Positions 1 through 10,575 are shown, numbered from the stretch's first letter. The stretch is DNA of 64,000 nt from an uncultured virus (IMG/VR IMGVR_UViG_3300022833_000008) (IMGVR_UViG_3300022833_000008); one strand, 5' to 3'. Notes: generated by a model from the letters alone, not told the origin. Numbers and translations are program-made.

Positions 1-392
1 AAGCCCTTGTTACATCAACTCAATTGACTGATGATAACGCTTGGATTGGTTCTGCTATCAGTGGATCTCAGGCTCTTGCTTGGCCTCGTTCTTATGCAAC
101 TTACTATGATACCCGTTTAGGTATGACCGTAACGTTTCTTGAGAACGAGGTTCCGGCCCGTGTGAAGGTAGCAGTCTACGAACAAGCATTACATCTAGTT
201 GCTAATGAAGACTTACTTGCAGGTACTACTCAAACTTTTGAGAGTATTTCTGTAGGATCAATTAGTCTTTCTGATAGTAATAACGATGTTGGAAAAACAC
301 CAATTACTGCGCCAACAACTTATAAGCTACTTAAACCTCTTTTGGTAAAAGGCTCAATGGGTGTAGGTAGGACTTGGTGGAGGGCAAACTAA
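1..392 (+). CDS. Head-tail adaptor/connector protein (5' truncated by window edge)
   Basis: QALAWPR motif and ...VKVAVYEQALHL typical of siphophage head-tail adaptors; first gene of the neck/tail cluster. Confidence 0.65.
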   Translation, partial: ALVTSTQLTDDNAWIGSAISGSQALAWPRSYATYYDTRLGMTVTFLENEVPARVKVAVYEQALHLVANEDLLAGTTQTFESISVGSISLSDSNNDVGKTPITAPTTYKLLKPLLVKGSMGVGRTWWRAN

Positions 393-730
393 TGTCTCTT
401 AGATCAAAAATAATTGCTGGTGTAGACAAGGCTTTTGCAGCTATTGGAGACCTAGCGCAACCTGCTACTATTTCAAATCGTGACGTTACAGAGTATGACT
501 TCTCTACTGGAAAAACCGTAGGTAGTACTAACAATTACAGTGTTACTGTATTCCTAGAAACAGCTAAAAAACCTTCTGATAGTGCTTTCAATCAAAGCGC
601 AATTATGAAGTCTGGTATAACAATTGACGGTTACGATACTTTGACAGTTGGAGAAAATGTCTATAACATTACTGACTTTACTGACGATAGTTTTGTAATT
701 ACAATGCAGTTGACTAAGGAGAAGTCTTAA
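392..730 (+). CDS. Head closure / head-tail joining protein
   Basis: ATG overlaps upstream TAA (TAATG); ~112 aa, position in neck cluster. Confidence 0.5.
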   Translation: MSLRSKIIAGVDKAFAAIGDLAQPATISNRDVTEYDFSTGKTVGSTNNYSVTVFLETAKKPSDSAFNQSAIMKSGITIDGYDTLTVGENVYNITDFTDDSFVITMQLTKEKS

Positions 731-1131
731 TGTTCGTAGATATCTTGTCAGACATTGAAAAAGCTTTTGCTTCCAGTGCTTGGTCTAGTAACAAAATAAA
801 AACATTTCCTTCTAACTATCAAGGTTCGAAAGATAGCTCTAACGAATATGTAGTTGTTACTGTAATGCCTTCTAAGAGTGATAATATTGCACACGGTGCT
901 ATTAAACAATTAGATGGTTTGTTAGCAGTCAAAATATTTGTAAAGTCCGGAGAAGGGCAAGGTAGAACTATGTTTATTGCTAATTTGCTAGACATCCTTT
1001 TACAAAACAAAACACTAAGTTTGGGTACGCAGTTAAAAACTTCGTATGTAAATATCGAGGGCGTCGACCCTCTAAACAAGTCGCTATACAGCGCATCTTA
1101 CTTAATTCCTTTTACAAAATACGGAGAATAA
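730..1131 (+). CDS. Tail terminator / tail completion protein
   Basis: 133 aa directly before the tail tube gene; G-L-x-V-x-I-F-V-x-x-G-x-G pattern. Confidence 0.55.
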   Translation: MFVDILSDIEKAFASSAWSSNKIKTFPSNYQGSKDSSNEYVVVTVMPSKSDNIAHGAIKQLDGLLAVKIFVKSGEGQGRTMFIANLLDILLQNKTLSLGTQLKTSYVNIEGVDPLNKSLYSASYLIPFTKYGE

Positions 1132-1135
1132 ACTA

Positions 1136-1675
1136 ATGGCACACATTTCATCTTTGGGCGCTGGTATTTTTACATACCTTGATATCTTTACAGGTACAGT
1201 CCCAGCCAATACCGACACCGCTGCCGAAGTCGCAGCTTTGTTCGTCGGCGACACCCCCGGAACTCCAAACGCTTCGCATATTCGTATGCCTTCCGTGCGC
1301 GAATTCCCTTCGGTTGGTACACCTGCAAACATTGTAAACGTTCCTGTTTATGGCCAAAAGACTTCTTCGCAGGTCCAAGGTCAAGCTGATGCTCCTTCTT
1401 TGGAAGTTACAGTAAACTACGTTGCAGAAGACATGACAGCAATTCACAATCTTGTTGGACAAAACGTTGCATTCCGCTTTATGATGACTGCTTCCGCTTG
1501 TACACCTGCTGAAGGTTCTGATTCTACTCTTGCAAAAGAAAATACAGAATTCTACTTCTTGGGCAAAATTGAAGCAATCTTGGTTAACCCAGCGTTGACA
1601 GACACTACAACTGCTACAGTTACTATGTCTACACAAACAGAATTCTTTGGTCCAGCAACTATTGCTGCTGCTTAA
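1136..1675 (+). CDS. Major tail (tube) protein
   Basis: 179 aa, VREFPSVGTPANIVNVPVYG...QGQADAPSLEVTVNY tail-tube-like; followed by hairpin and chaperone genes. Confidence 0.75.
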   Translation: MAHISSLGAGIFTYLDIFTGTVPANTDTAAEVAALFVGDTPGTPNASHIRMPSVREFPSVGTPANIVNVPVYGQKTSSQVQGQADAPSLEVTVNYVAEDMTAIHNLVGQNVAFRFMMTASACTPAEGSDSTLAKENTEFYFLGKIEAILVNPALTDTTTATVTMSTQTEFFGPATIAAA

Positions 1676-1684
1676 GTTTTTAAC

Positions 1685-1710
1685 GGAGGCTCCTTTGATT
1701 AGGGGTCTCC
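1685..1710 (+). terminator. Stem-loop after tail tube gene
   Basis: GGAGGCTCCT...AGGGGTCTCC pairs with G.U; no U tract, so could be a stabilising hairpin. Confidence 0.4.
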
Positions 1711-1733
1711 ACAAACCATAAAAGAGATATACA

Positions 1734-1973
1734 ATGGAACATAGCCCATTTAGTAAAGCTTTTGTTATGCGGACCACATTCCGACATATGCGCAGAAGCG
1801 TAGATATTAGTATTCGTAAGACGTTTGAAAGGTTTCAAGATTTTGACAACGAGTCAAACATGGGCCGAGAAATTATGGAAACTTTATCTGTTTTACACAC
1901 TACACGAAAGCTTCTTGATGACTTTCAAGAACAAAACCAAGAATTATTTTCAGAACAAAACAAATCAAATTAA
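1734..1973 (+). CDS. Hypothetical protein
   Basis: 79-aa ORF with RBS, in tail cluster. Confidence 0.6.
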   Translation: MEHSPFSKAFVMRTTFRHMRRSVDISIRKTFERFQDFDNESNMGREIMETLSVLHTTRKLLDDFQEQNQELFSEQNKSN

Positions 1974-1998
1974 TAAAATTAATCAAGGAATATAAAAT

Positions 1999-2301
1999 AT
2001 GAAACATCTCGTAGGTAAAGCCATTACTAAGTCCGTAGAATTTATGGGCGACAACGTAGAAGTGCGAAAGCTGTCCGTTGCAGAAGTAATGGCAATCCAA
2101 CGTCTAGTAAAAGCAGCTGGCAAATCTAAAGACGAAGATGGAGGTCTTAACCTCTTGAAAGATATTTTGCGAATGTCAGTAGTAGGAGCTAAAGAAATTT
2201 CTGATGAAGAGTTTTCTACTTTTCCGCTTTCCGAACTCAATAGTCTTTCTGAAAAAGTACTGTCGTTCTCCGGTATTGGGGCGACCCCAGAGGGAAACTA
2301 A
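1999..2301 (+). CDS. Tail assembly chaperone (lambda gpG-like)
   Basis: Between tube and tape measure; ends GAG GGA AAC TAA with slippery heptamer G GGA AAC (2292-2298). Confidence 0.75.
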   Translation: MKHLVGKAITKSVEFMGDNVEVRKLSVAEVMAIQRLVKAAGKSKDEDGGLNLLKDILRMSVVGAKEISDEEFSTFPLSELNSLSEKVLSFSGIGATPEGN

Positions 2302-2669
2302 ACGAGGAAGATGAAGTTCTTTTTGAAATAGCATATCACTTAAAAATGCCTGTTTATGTTTTAAGAGAAAAAATGCCATACACAGAACTTTTAAACTGGA
2401 TAGAATTCTTCCGCCGTAGACCACCGGGATACCAAGAAGACATGAGGACTTACATGCTTCTAAGTGCTCAAGGTTTTAAAGGTAAGCCTGAAGACATTTT
2501 CCCAACTATTCATGCTGTAAAAGCTCATTCGGAAAACAAGTATACAGAAGACCAAGCTATACCAAAAGGTATTATGCTTGCTAAAATGTTAACTGCTTCT
2601 GATGGAGACGGTGCTAGTTTAAACTGGTTAACAGGAGATAAACATGAAATTAAACTTGAAAGTAGTTAA
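2292..2669 (+). CDS. Tail assembly chaperone -1 frameshift extension (gpGT-like)
   Basis: -1 frame is open from the slippery site (LNEEDEVLFEIAYHLK) into ORF 2346..2669. Confidence 0.7.
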   Translation, partial: GKLNEEDEVLFEIAYHLKMPVYVLREKMPYTELLNWIEFFRRRPPGYQEDMRTYMLLSAQGFKGKPEDIFPTIHAVKAHSENKYTEDQAIPKGIMLAKMLTASDGDGASLNWLTGDKHEIKLESS

Positions 2670-2964
2670 CTACGATGCAGAGCTTAGGCGAATTGAGAGA
2701 GAAGTTCTCCGTCAAGGCAAGCTGGAAGTTAACGACTTGATTGATTACGCTACTGATCAACTTAGGATTGTAACACCTGTAGACACAGGAGAAGCTAGAG
2801 AAGGTTGGTACAATACTAAAACTTCTTTGAGTCTTCGGACTGCAGGTAGTATTAACAACGAAGTTGAGCATATTGTTCATCTAAACCAAGGCCACAGTCA
2901 ACAGGCACCTTCTTATTTTATTGAGCAGGTTTTGTCTACTGTCGGTGTAATATCACCCGACTAA
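2644..2964 (+). CDS. HK97 gp10-like neck/tail completion protein
   Basis: TPVDTG-x-AR-x-GW and LNQGHSQQAP motifs. Confidence 0.7.
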   Translation: MKLNLKVVNYDAELRRIEREVLRQGKLEVNDLIDYATDQLRIVTPVDTGEAREGWYNTKTSLSLRTAGSINNEVEHIVHLNQGHSQQAPSYFIEQVLSTVGVISPD

Positions 2965-2971
2965 CAATACT

Positions 2972-3022
2972 AATACCCTAGATGGTTCCTAATAATATTT
3001 AGGTCTGTTTAGGGTATTTTTT
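2972..3022 (+). terminator. Intrinsic terminator-like hairpin before tape measure
   Basis: AATACCCTAGATGG...CTGTTTAGGGTATT followed by T run. Confidence 0.55.
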
Positions 3023-3042
3023 CAAAAATAATAGGAGCTAAC

Positions 3043-6000
3043 ATGAGTGGTGTAAATATCAAAGTAACCGCTGATGCGGGGAGTGCAAGACGAGAACTTA
3101 AACGCTTAGAAAGTTCTATGGATTCTCTCGCAAATACTGCGAAGAACATTAATAAGACTATACTAGGTATTGGGGCCGCAATCAGTCTTGCGTTTGGTAC
3201 TGACAAAATTACAAAAGCCTCAGATGCTTTTACAACATTAGAAAACAAAATTGCTCTTGTAACTGGTAGAACCAAAGAGCTATCTAAAACACTAGATGAA
3301 CTTTATTCTGTGTCTATTCGTTCAAGAGGTAGTATCCAAGGGTCTGTAGAAACTTTTAACAGGTTTGGCAGAGCAATGGACCAATCTGCTATAAGTACAC
3401 AGAGACTTTTAAACGTTACTGAGTCTGTACAGAAAGCAATTGCAGTAAGTGGTGGTAACGCTGCCAGCGCTGAAGCCGCCATTTTACAACTTGGACAAGG
3501 TTTAGCAGCAGGTCAACTTCGTGGTCAAGAATTAAACTCTGTAATGGAGCAAACACCACGTATTGCAAGGGCTATTGCCGATGAACTTGGGGTAGGAATT
3601 GGCGCTCTAAGGGCTATGGCAGAACAAGGTCAGCTGACTACTGAGCTAGTATTTGGTGCAATGGAGAATCAAGCTTCCAAGATTGCTAAAGAGTTTCAGC
3701 TAGCTAATGCAACAATTGCACAAGGTTTCAGGCTGGTAGTAGATCAAATTACCAGAGTAATTGGTATGTTTGACATGTCTACCTATGCTTTAAAAAGTCT
3801 AGGTGTTATGTTTGAAGGCGTTGCCGACTACATGAACAAGAATGCCCGATCAATCGCTATTGGTGCGGCTTACTATTTCAATATTCTAGAACATTCTATT
3901 TCGGGCATTATTGAAGTTGCCAAAGGTCTTGGTGCGGTTTTAGGTTCTGTATTCGGCAGACTAATTGATGCTTTACCTAGAGTTATTATACCTATGAGAA
4001 CTTTGAGTGATGATATCTTTTTGGGCTTGTTGTACGGTAGTGCAAAAGTTACAACTAATATCTTTAAGTTGGTTGGTGCAATTGACTCTTTAATTGGTAC
4101 AACTTTAGGTACTAGATTTGAAGGTGTTATTTTTAAACTCTTCACTTCTAAATCACTTATAGAATTTGGTAACAACTTAGATGCTCTTGCGGATGCAATT
4201 AGTACTTACGGGCGTAGATGGTTTAACGTAGGTAACTTTGCAGAAACCGCCTTTCGTCAAACTAACTTTACACTACTTAAAACAGGCATATATCTAGGTT
4301 TAATTGATCAGAAGTTATTTGCATTACGCTTTACTTCTTTTGAAAGACTGTATAAAGTAGTTGAACCTCTTCAAAAGCTTTTTCAAAGTTTGCTAATTGG
4401 GTTTCTTAGCTTAGATGCAATTGCGCCAATTGTTGCAGTAATTGTTGGTTCTTTTCAGCTATTGTCACAGGTTATAAACTCCGTTTTAAACTTATTTGGT
4501 TTAGAGCTTAAAGGTGCTTTTAGAGCTTTGTTGTTTGTAGAAGATTTGTTGCAAAACATATTTGAAAAACTTGGTTCTAATATTGCTAAAAGGTTTGGTT
4601 TAAGAACTTTTGAGCCTATCCGAAGCGCGTTAGAAAACGTTACAGATTCTTGGACGTTAGCACTAGGTCTTTTTGATATCCGGTCTAGAGGCCCACTTGA
4701 AAGCATATTGAACAAGTTTAGCAAGTTCGGTATTTCAGCGGGTAAAGCTATTGTATTTGGTGTTAAAGCCATCTTCAATTCTGCAGTAAATAAAATAGTA
4801 GAAAACAGCGACAGAATAAATCGTGCTATTATCAACAGCTTAATTGTAATTAAAAACTTTTCAGTAGAAGTCTCTAAGGCTATAAAAGGCGGTGTATCCT
4901 CTTTCTTGTCTTTTTGGAAAGATCTTTTTGATGGTGCTGGTTCTATTGCGAGCAGCCAGCTAGCTAAAACTTTAAATGTTGTAAAAAACTTTGCCAAGAA
5001 AGTTGTAGATTGGTTTTTCTGGATTTATGACGAAGTGATTGCTAACTCTTGGTGGACGGATCTTATGGAAGGGGTCTACGAAAAGACTATCCAATGGCTT
5101 CCAAAAGCATTGTCAAAAGTACAAGACTTTATTAGTAAAGTAGGCAAAATATTTGCTTCTTTGAAATCGAAAAGCTTTAAGCTTCCAGAATTTAAAGCAA
5201 AAGGCGCAGAAATGCTGTCTGGGTTGACTAAAGGATTCTCTAAGTTTCTAACAGGGGTGTTCAAATCTCTTCGCGAGAGCTTCCCTGATTTCACTAAAGC
5301 GTTTACTACTGTCGTTTCCGCTTCTATTCTTGCCTTGGCGTCTCCCGCTTTATTTAAGAAAGTTGGTTTCATATTCGGTCTAGGTTTTGCAGCAACAATC
5401 GGCGCGGCAATATTAGACACACTAGGTGGTGCATTATCAAACTCTCGTATTTCTTCTGACTTAGGCGCAAGTCTAGGTGCTGGCGCTGGTAAATTTGTAA
5501 ATACTCTTATCTCAAACATACCATTACTTCTTGAGTTGTTCCTAAAGTTTGCAAAAGCTTTTGGAAAGGCTTTTTTAGATGAAATAAAAGGAGTATTTGG
5601 TGCTATTCCTAGTTTACTTTCTTCTGCTACTTTTGGAGTATTTGATACTTTGATTGGTACGCTACTAAGCATATTTGGTGGATCTATACTTTTGAGAGGT
5701 TTCTCAAAGACTACTAAAAGCATGAATTCTATGCTTGGAGCAGTAGGTCTTGCAGGTTCTAAAGGTGGCGGTAGTATAATTTCCGATATGCTTTACGGGA
5801 AAGGCGGTGTTAATGCAGGTCGCGGTAAAATCCTAGCGGGGGTTGCTGGTCTTATGATTGGTGTCAACGGCTTGCTAGGTGGGTTTACTAGTGGCGGTAG
5901 TATAGTAACAAGTGCCTTGTCTGGCGGATTACTCGCTTACTCTCTGTTTGGTGTAGAAGGTGTTCAAACCATCTTGTCAAAAGTAAAGAGTTTATTTTCT

Positions 6001-9000
6001 GGTATTGGGGGCGTAATTAAAACGGAGTCAGCTTCTTTTGCTAAGAATCAAAACTTAACAACAGGGCTAGCCTCAATTGCTGGACAAGTAAAAGGTGGCA
6101 ATTTAAAAGGCGCTCTCTCTGAAGCACAGTCAACTATAAGTAAATTTAAAACTTCGGTTGCAAGTGGTAAGTTTGATACACCATTTTTAAAGTCAGTAGA
6201 CCGTATGGCTGGAAAGATCACTTCTTCTTTCGGCCCTCAGTTTGCATCTTCACTAGGTCCGCAATTTACCGGACTAGGTAACAGTTTAGGTAATAATGTT
6301 CAGAAAGGCTTCTCAAAATCCAAGTTTGCATTGATTGCGGCAGGTATTGCGGCTATTACAGTCGGATTTGCTTCACAAGCTAGTGCTGCAAGTGCTTCAA
6401 CTGAAGCCAACCTTGATCGTACATTAGAGACTTTGAAAGATAATGCAGCAGGTATTGCTACTGGCGGCATAATGGCGTTAGCACTTTTTGGTGCAGAGGG
6501 TATCAAAAGTTTCTCTAAGAACAGTGTTAAGGCTGTTGCAGATGTAGCGAGATCCTTAGTGGGCATAACTACTTTAATGAATGCTCAAAAAGGGGGTTTA
6601 ATACTCAACTTCTTGTTCGGTAAGATGGGTACAATAAGTATTATTAGTAAGGCTAAGTTTGCAGGTAAGCTTGTTGGCAAGGTTCTAACTTCTAGTTTAC
6701 TAAAATCTATGTTAGGTATTGGTGCTAGAATCGCAGCAGCCTTATTAAGCTTTGTTTCAATTCCGGGCGTTCTTGCTGCAGGGGCTATCGGTTTTATCGG
6801 TATCATGCTGTTTGGCGAAGGTGATGGTATTATTGAGAAGCTAGATTTGTTTGCTAGTAAAATCAGAAACATCTTTACTGACTCTACTAGAGAATCTAGA
6901 AAGTTAAGGAGAGAAATCAAAGGAATTTCTTCTGAACTTCCCGAAGCTGTTGGTGAAATCGAGCTTGACATTCAAACGTCTTTAGACAAGATTGATTTTA
7001 CTAGAGTAAGTGATCAAGGTTTCAAAAACTTAGAGCGTTCTTTAGGCAGCTTAATAAGAGTTTCAGAAAGTTCTAACTCTAGCTTTGACGAGTTAGGTAG
7101 GCTAAGTGCTTTAGAAGAAGCAAAAACCAGAGCAGCCATTAGAGACGTTGAGTTAGCTGTTGCAAGATTGCCTCAAGGCGGTAGTGGAGAAGTTGACGGT
7201 TCAAACCTTTCTAAAGACATACTTACAATGTCTGGTCTAATTAGTTTGGCTGAACAAGGTATGTTTACGGCCTCTGTTATTAACCTTAGAGATAACCCTG
7301 AGCTTTTTGCTTTGCAAAACAAAGTATTCTCTAAACCTGTTGGGCCTGATCGTTCACAGAAAATTACTATAAACGATCAAGCACCTAGCGAAGATATAGC
7401 GGAGTACTTAATTGGTGTAACAGCTTTCTTGCGTAGATCCGAAGAATTAAGCGCAAAACAAACTCAAATGTTAAATGTATTGGAGACATTTGGAGATCCA
7501 CTTATCGCGCTAGCTAACGGCACTATTAGTGGAATAGATCCAGCGCTTTCCAATTTGTTCCTTAAGTTATCTGAGGAGCTTTCTTTAATAGGTCCAGAAC
7601 CAGTGGACTCTAACGCTTTTGTTAAAATCTTTAAGGGTATTACAGGCCAAGAAGAAGAACCTCGTTCCTTAATAGCTAATACTGTTATTGACAGTCTACT
7701 TAAAGATATGGCATCTTTGGTACAGGTTACTCAGGTGAGTATAGACTCAGCTAAGAAAGCCGAACGTGCAGTTCAGGATGGATTAACTGTTAGTGATATG
7801 CTTGAAAGTACACAGGCTATTACTGGTGGAGAAGTTGAGTTTGATTCAGAAGCTTTCTTACAACTTGGAGAAAGTGTTCGTGGAGGACTAGTGTCGGCAG
7901 CTAAAGAAGCTGGTGCTATCCTTAATGAAATAAAATTCAAGGCTTTTGTAGACGCTGTTTCATCTAGCGATATTGCTAACAACAGCCCTATCAAACTTGC
8001 TGTTAAAGACCAAGGTATATCTCTATCTGATCTGATCAATACAGACCCCGATAAATTATCTAATACTGTACTCGACGGTCTTCGTTTAGCGTTTAATGCT
8101 ATAGAGTTTTCACCTGACGATTACCCAGATATCTTTAGTGAGTTGTACGGTCAAGAGTTAGTCGAATTGAATAATTTTACTAATTCTGTTGAAGAAACAT
8201 TTAGTCTCTTTTCCAGTAGACTTGAACGACAAGGTATGAGTCTCCGAGAGCAGCTAGATAGCTTAAATCTTTCTGAAATTATACCGGAAGGTTCGATTAA
8301 GGCTATTGACCTTAATATTATCAATCAGGAAGATATTGATATTCTTGCTGCTCAAGTTGCTACTTACAATAGCCACTTAGACACTTTGTCGGGTAAAGCT
8401 CTTGAGGTAAACTTGGCAGAAACTGCTACCTCAATTGCTGAACTAGTTAATGGTGTAATTACTTCAAACTCTGCACTACTTGCTTCTTCTGAGTTAGTCA
8501 CCGGTAATCCTATTACTGAAGCTGAACTTTACGCAATAGAGCCTAGTTTGCTTGTTAAGATTGGTAATGCTACAAAGGCTCTACTTGGGCTTGCAGCAGC
8601 TAAAGCTATTCTGTTTTCAGGAGGTCTTAGTGTATCAGAAATACCAAAGCTAAACGAGTTAGTTGAAAGTATGGTAACTCCACAAGCTACTCTTGATGAT
8701 AACTTGACTAAGCCTGATACTGATAAAAAAGGTGGCGGAAAACAAGAAACTCTGTTTGAAAAGTTTGTTGGCGGTTTAAATTCTTCTGGTTTTAAGTTTG
8801 ATATCGAATCTGCTTCTAAATTAGGCTCTGCTGCAATTAATTCTTTGAAGTCACCTCTAGAGAGTATAAAAGCTCTTCAAGCGAGTATTGTAGATCTCGG
8901 TGTATCAGATGTAGCTGGTCGTCAAAAAGCATTAGCTAATTTGAAAGAACAAAAGAAAACTATTTCAGATATTTTAATGCTTGGCACTATGGATCAAAAA

Positions 9001-10065
9001 GCCGTTGCTTTTGAAGCACTAGGTGCAGACTCCTCTGTCCTTAAGTTCAATGATCTTAATGCAGAAGAAATTGCATTAAACTTAGCTAGTTTACAATCAG
9101 ACTTAAATAATACTTTAAGTTCTGACTTAGAAAGTCGTAAGGCAATTACTTCGGAAATTCGCTCTCAACAGACTTTGTTAGAAGGTATTACAGCTGGGGC
9201 AGAAGCAAGTACAGCTGCAATAACAGACACCTTAAAAGAAAGTATTTCTGGTGTACTCAAAGGAACTATGTCTTTAAAAGAATCTGTACACAACTTATTA
9301 GATGGTATAAGTACAGAAATCATTGACACTGTAGTAAACTCTTTCACACAAGCCTTTATGGAATCTGCCGGACTAAAAGAAATGTTCGACGGTCTATTTA
9401 AGACTTTGTTTAGTGGAGGAGCAACTGTTGGAGAAAAGCTTGGAGATAGTATTTCGGGTAGCATTTCAGGTGCTATGGAAAGTGCAACAGGAAACGACGC
9501 AAGTTTCTGGGGTTCATTGTCCTCCGGTTTTGGAGACATTATTTCTTCGTTAGGTGAAAGCCTTTCTGGTGTGTTCTCTAGCGTAGGGAGCTTCTTTAGC
9601 GGATCAGGCGGAGGAGGGGGTATACTTACTTCTATACTCGGTTTGTTTGGTGGTGGTGGTGCCGTAGCTGCTGCTACTGGCGGTTACATTAAAGGTGCTG
9701 GAACAGGAACTTCAGACTCTATCCCTGCAATGTTATCTAACGGTGAATTTGTTATGAAGGCATCCTCAGTTAGTAAGTTTGGGTCTAGCTTTATGGCTGC
9801 AATAAATAACGGTAAAATTCCATCCGGTTTTGCAGAAGGTGGCCTTATTGGAGGGAACAACTCTATGCTCACTCCTACACAACTAGTTTCTGCTAAGAGT
9901 GCATTGAGTGGTGAAGACAACTCTAATAGCAAAGCACAACAGCAAGTTTACAACATTAATGTTACTGGTGACGTCAGTCGTCAAACTCGTAAAGAGATTG
10001 TCAAGATGATTCCCCAAATTACTGGTGGTGTAAACGCAACTAACCGTGAAAGAGGTGGTCGCTAA
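3043..10065 (+). CDS. Tail tape measure protein (2340 aa)
   Basis: N-terminal tape-measure domain (QLGQGLAAGQLRGQELNSVMEQTPRIA), C-terminal GGYIKGAGTGTSDSIPAMLSNGEFV. Confidence 0.95.
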   Translation: MSGVNIKVTADAGSARRELKRLESSMDSLANTAKNINKTILGIGAAISLAFGTDKITKASDAFTTLENKIALVTGRTKELSKTLDELYSVSIRSRGSIQGSVETFNRFGRAMDQSAISTQRLLNVTESVQKAIAVSGGNAASAEAAILQLGQGLAAGQLRGQELNSVMEQTPRIARAIADELGVGIGALRAMAEQGQLTTELVFGAMENQASKIAKEFQLANATIAQGFRLVVDQITRVIGMFDMSTYALKSLGVMFEGVADYMNKNARSIAIGAAYYFNILEHSISGIIEVAKGLGAVLGSVFGRLIDALPRVIIPMRTLSDDIFLGLLYGSAKVTTNIFKLVGAIDSLIGTTLGTRFEGVIFKLFTSKSLIEFGNNLDALADAISTYGRRWFNVGNFAETAFRQTNFTLLKTGIYLGLIDQKLFALRFTSFERLYKVVEPLQKLFQSLLIGFLSLDAIAPIVAVIVGSFQLLSQVINSVLNLFGLELKGAFRALLFVEDLLQNIFEKLGSNIAKRFGLRTFEPIRSALENVTDSWTLALGLFDIRSRGPLESILNKFSKFGISAGKAIVFGVKAIFNSAVNKIVENSDRINRAIINSLIVIKNFSVEVSKAIKGGVSSFLSFWKDLFDGAGSIASSQLAKTLNVVKNFAKKVVDWFFWIYDEVIANSWWTDLMEGVYEKTIQWLPKALSKVQDFISKVGKIFASLKSKSFKLPEFKAKGAEMLSGLTKGFSKFLTGVFKSLRESFPDFTKAFTTVVSASILALASPALFKKVGFIFGLGFAATIGAAILDTLGGALSNSRISSDLGASLGAGAGKFVNTLISNIPLLLELFLKFAKAFGKAFLDEIKGVFGAIPSLLSSATFGVFDTLIGTLLSIFGGSILLRGFSKTTKSMNSMLGAVGLAGSKGGGSIISDMLYGKGGVNAGRGKILAGVAGLMIGVNGLLGGFTSGGSIVTSALSGGLLAYSLFGVEGVQTILSKVKSLFSGIGGVIKTESASFAKNQNLTTGLASIAGQVKGGNLKGALSEAQSTISKFKTSVASGKFDTPFLKSVDRMAGKITSSFGPQFASSLGPQFTGLGNSLGNNVQKGFSKSKFALIAAGIAAITVGFASQASAASASTEANLDRTLETLKDNAAGIATGGIMALALFGAEGIKSFSKNSVKAVADVARSLVGITTLMNAQKGGLILNFLFGKMGTISIISKAKFAGKLVGKVLTSSLLKSMLGIGARIAAALLSFVSIPGVLAAGAIGFIGIMLFGEGDGIIEKLDLFASKIRNIFTDSTRESRKLRREIKGISSELPEAVGEIELDIQTSLDKIDFTRVSDQGFKNLERSLGSLIRVSESSNSSFDELGRLSALEEAKTRAAIRDVELAVARLPQGGSGEVDGSNLSKDILTMSGLISLAEQGMFTASVINLRDNPELFALQNKVFSKPVGPDRSQKITINDQAPSEDIAEYLIGVTAFLRRSEELSAKQTQMLNVLETFGDPLIALANGTISGIDPALSNLFLKLSEELSLIGPEPVDSNAFVKIFKGITGQEEEPRSLIANTVIDSLLKDMASLVQVTQVSIDSAKKAERAVQDGLTVSDMLESTQAITGGEVEFDSEAFLQLGESVRGGLVSAAKEAGAILNEIKFKAFVDAVSSSDIANNSPIKLAVKDQGISLSDLINTDPDKLSNTVLDGLRLAFNAIEFSPDDYPDIFSELYGQELVELNNFTNSVEETFSLFSSRLERQGMSLREQLDSLNLSEIIPEGSIKAIDLNIINQEDIDILAAQVATYNSHLDTLSGKALEVNLAETATSIAELVNGVITSNSALLASSELVTGNPITEAELYAIEPSLLVKIGNATKALLGLAAAKAILFSGGLSVSEIPKLNELVESMVTPQATLDDNLTKPDTDKKGGGKQETLFEKFVGGLNSSGFKFDIESASKLGSAAINSLKSPLESIKALQASIVDLGVSDVAGRQKALANLKEQKKTISDILMLGTMDQKAVAFEALGADSSVLKFNDLNAEEIALNLASLQSDLNNTLSSDLESRKAITSEIRSQQTLLEGITAGAEASTAAITDTLKESISGVLKGTMSLKESVHNLLDGISTEIIDTVVNSFTQAFMESAGLKEMFDGLFKTLFSGGATVGEKLGDSISGSISGAMESATGNDASFWGSLSSGFGDIISSLGESLSGVFSSVGSFFSGSGGGGGILTSILGLFGGGGAVAAATGGYIKGAGTGTSDSIPAMLSNGEFVMKASSVSKFGSSFMAAINNGKIPSGFAEGGLIGGNNSMLTPTQLVSAKSALSGEDNSNSKAQQQVYNINVTGDVSRQTRKEIVKMIPQITGGVNATNRERGGR

Positions 10066-10415
10066 TGCAAAAGTGGAAAAAGCTTTTTAAGCAGAAAGAT
10101 GGAAAACTATACTGGAAGGAGGCTCGCGGTCGAAAGGCTGCGGGTTCCGAGGCTGGCACGAGTCATGGAGACGGGTATAAGACCGTTCGTGTAAATGGGA
10201 AGGCTCACTACGTACATAGAGTTGTTAAGGAAATGACAACTGGTAAAAAAGTTACGACTGAGTTAGATCACAAAAACAGAGACCGTTCTGATAACAAAGC
10301 TTCTAACTTGAAGCCTGCAACACGGTCTCAAAATAACTTGAATAGGAAGTCGTGGGCTAAGAAAAAACCCGCTGCAGCAAAAGCTAAACCTAAACCAAGA
10401 ACTACTAAAAAATAA
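10065..10415 (+). CDS. HNH endonuclease with Lys/Ala/Pro-rich C-terminal tail
   Basis: YVHRVV...LDHKNRDRSDNKASNL...ATRSQN HNH motif. Confidence 0.85.
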   Translation: MQKWKKLFKQKDGKLYWKEARGRKAAGSEAGTSHGDGYKTVRVNGKAHYVHRVVKEMTTGKKVTTELDHKNRDRSDNKASNLKPATRSQNNLNRKSWAKKKPAAAKAKPKPRTTKK

Positions 10416-10421
10416 ACTAAT

Positions 10422-10450
10422 AGTCATCCCTTAATTGGGGTGACTTTTTT
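10422..10450 (+). terminator. Intrinsic terminator ending the tail operon
   Basis: AGTCATCCC-TTAATT-GGGGTGACT + TTTTT. Confidence 0.8.
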
Positions 10451-10462
10451 ACCGATTTTGAG

Positions 10463-10482
10463 AGTAATTGTACGGGCTTTGT
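10463..10482 (+). repeat. Motif B copy 1 (AGTAATTGTACGGGCTTTGT)
   Basis: 20-bp identity with 11071-11090; core recurs at 21388, 34446 and, on the minus strand, 51289-51307. Confidence 0.9.
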
Positions 10483-10527
10483 GTATAAAAAACTATCAGA
10501 ACTGGGCTAAAAAGTGGGGAAAAACAG

Positions 10528-10541
10528 CCCTCTATAATGAA
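10528..10541 (+). promoter_or_regulatory. Putative early promoter (CCCTCTATAATGAA)
   Basis: 14-bp identity with 13778-13791; contains TATAAT; at the start of a transcription unit. Confidence 0.6.
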
Positions 10542-10575
10542 GAAACATCAAGTAACCCAAATGGAAGATAATAAA

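Noticed and set aside
1148..9932. Long minus-strand ORFs opposite the tail tube and tape measure genes
   Set aside because: Antisense shadows of strongly biased + strand genes; no RBS or recognisable motifs
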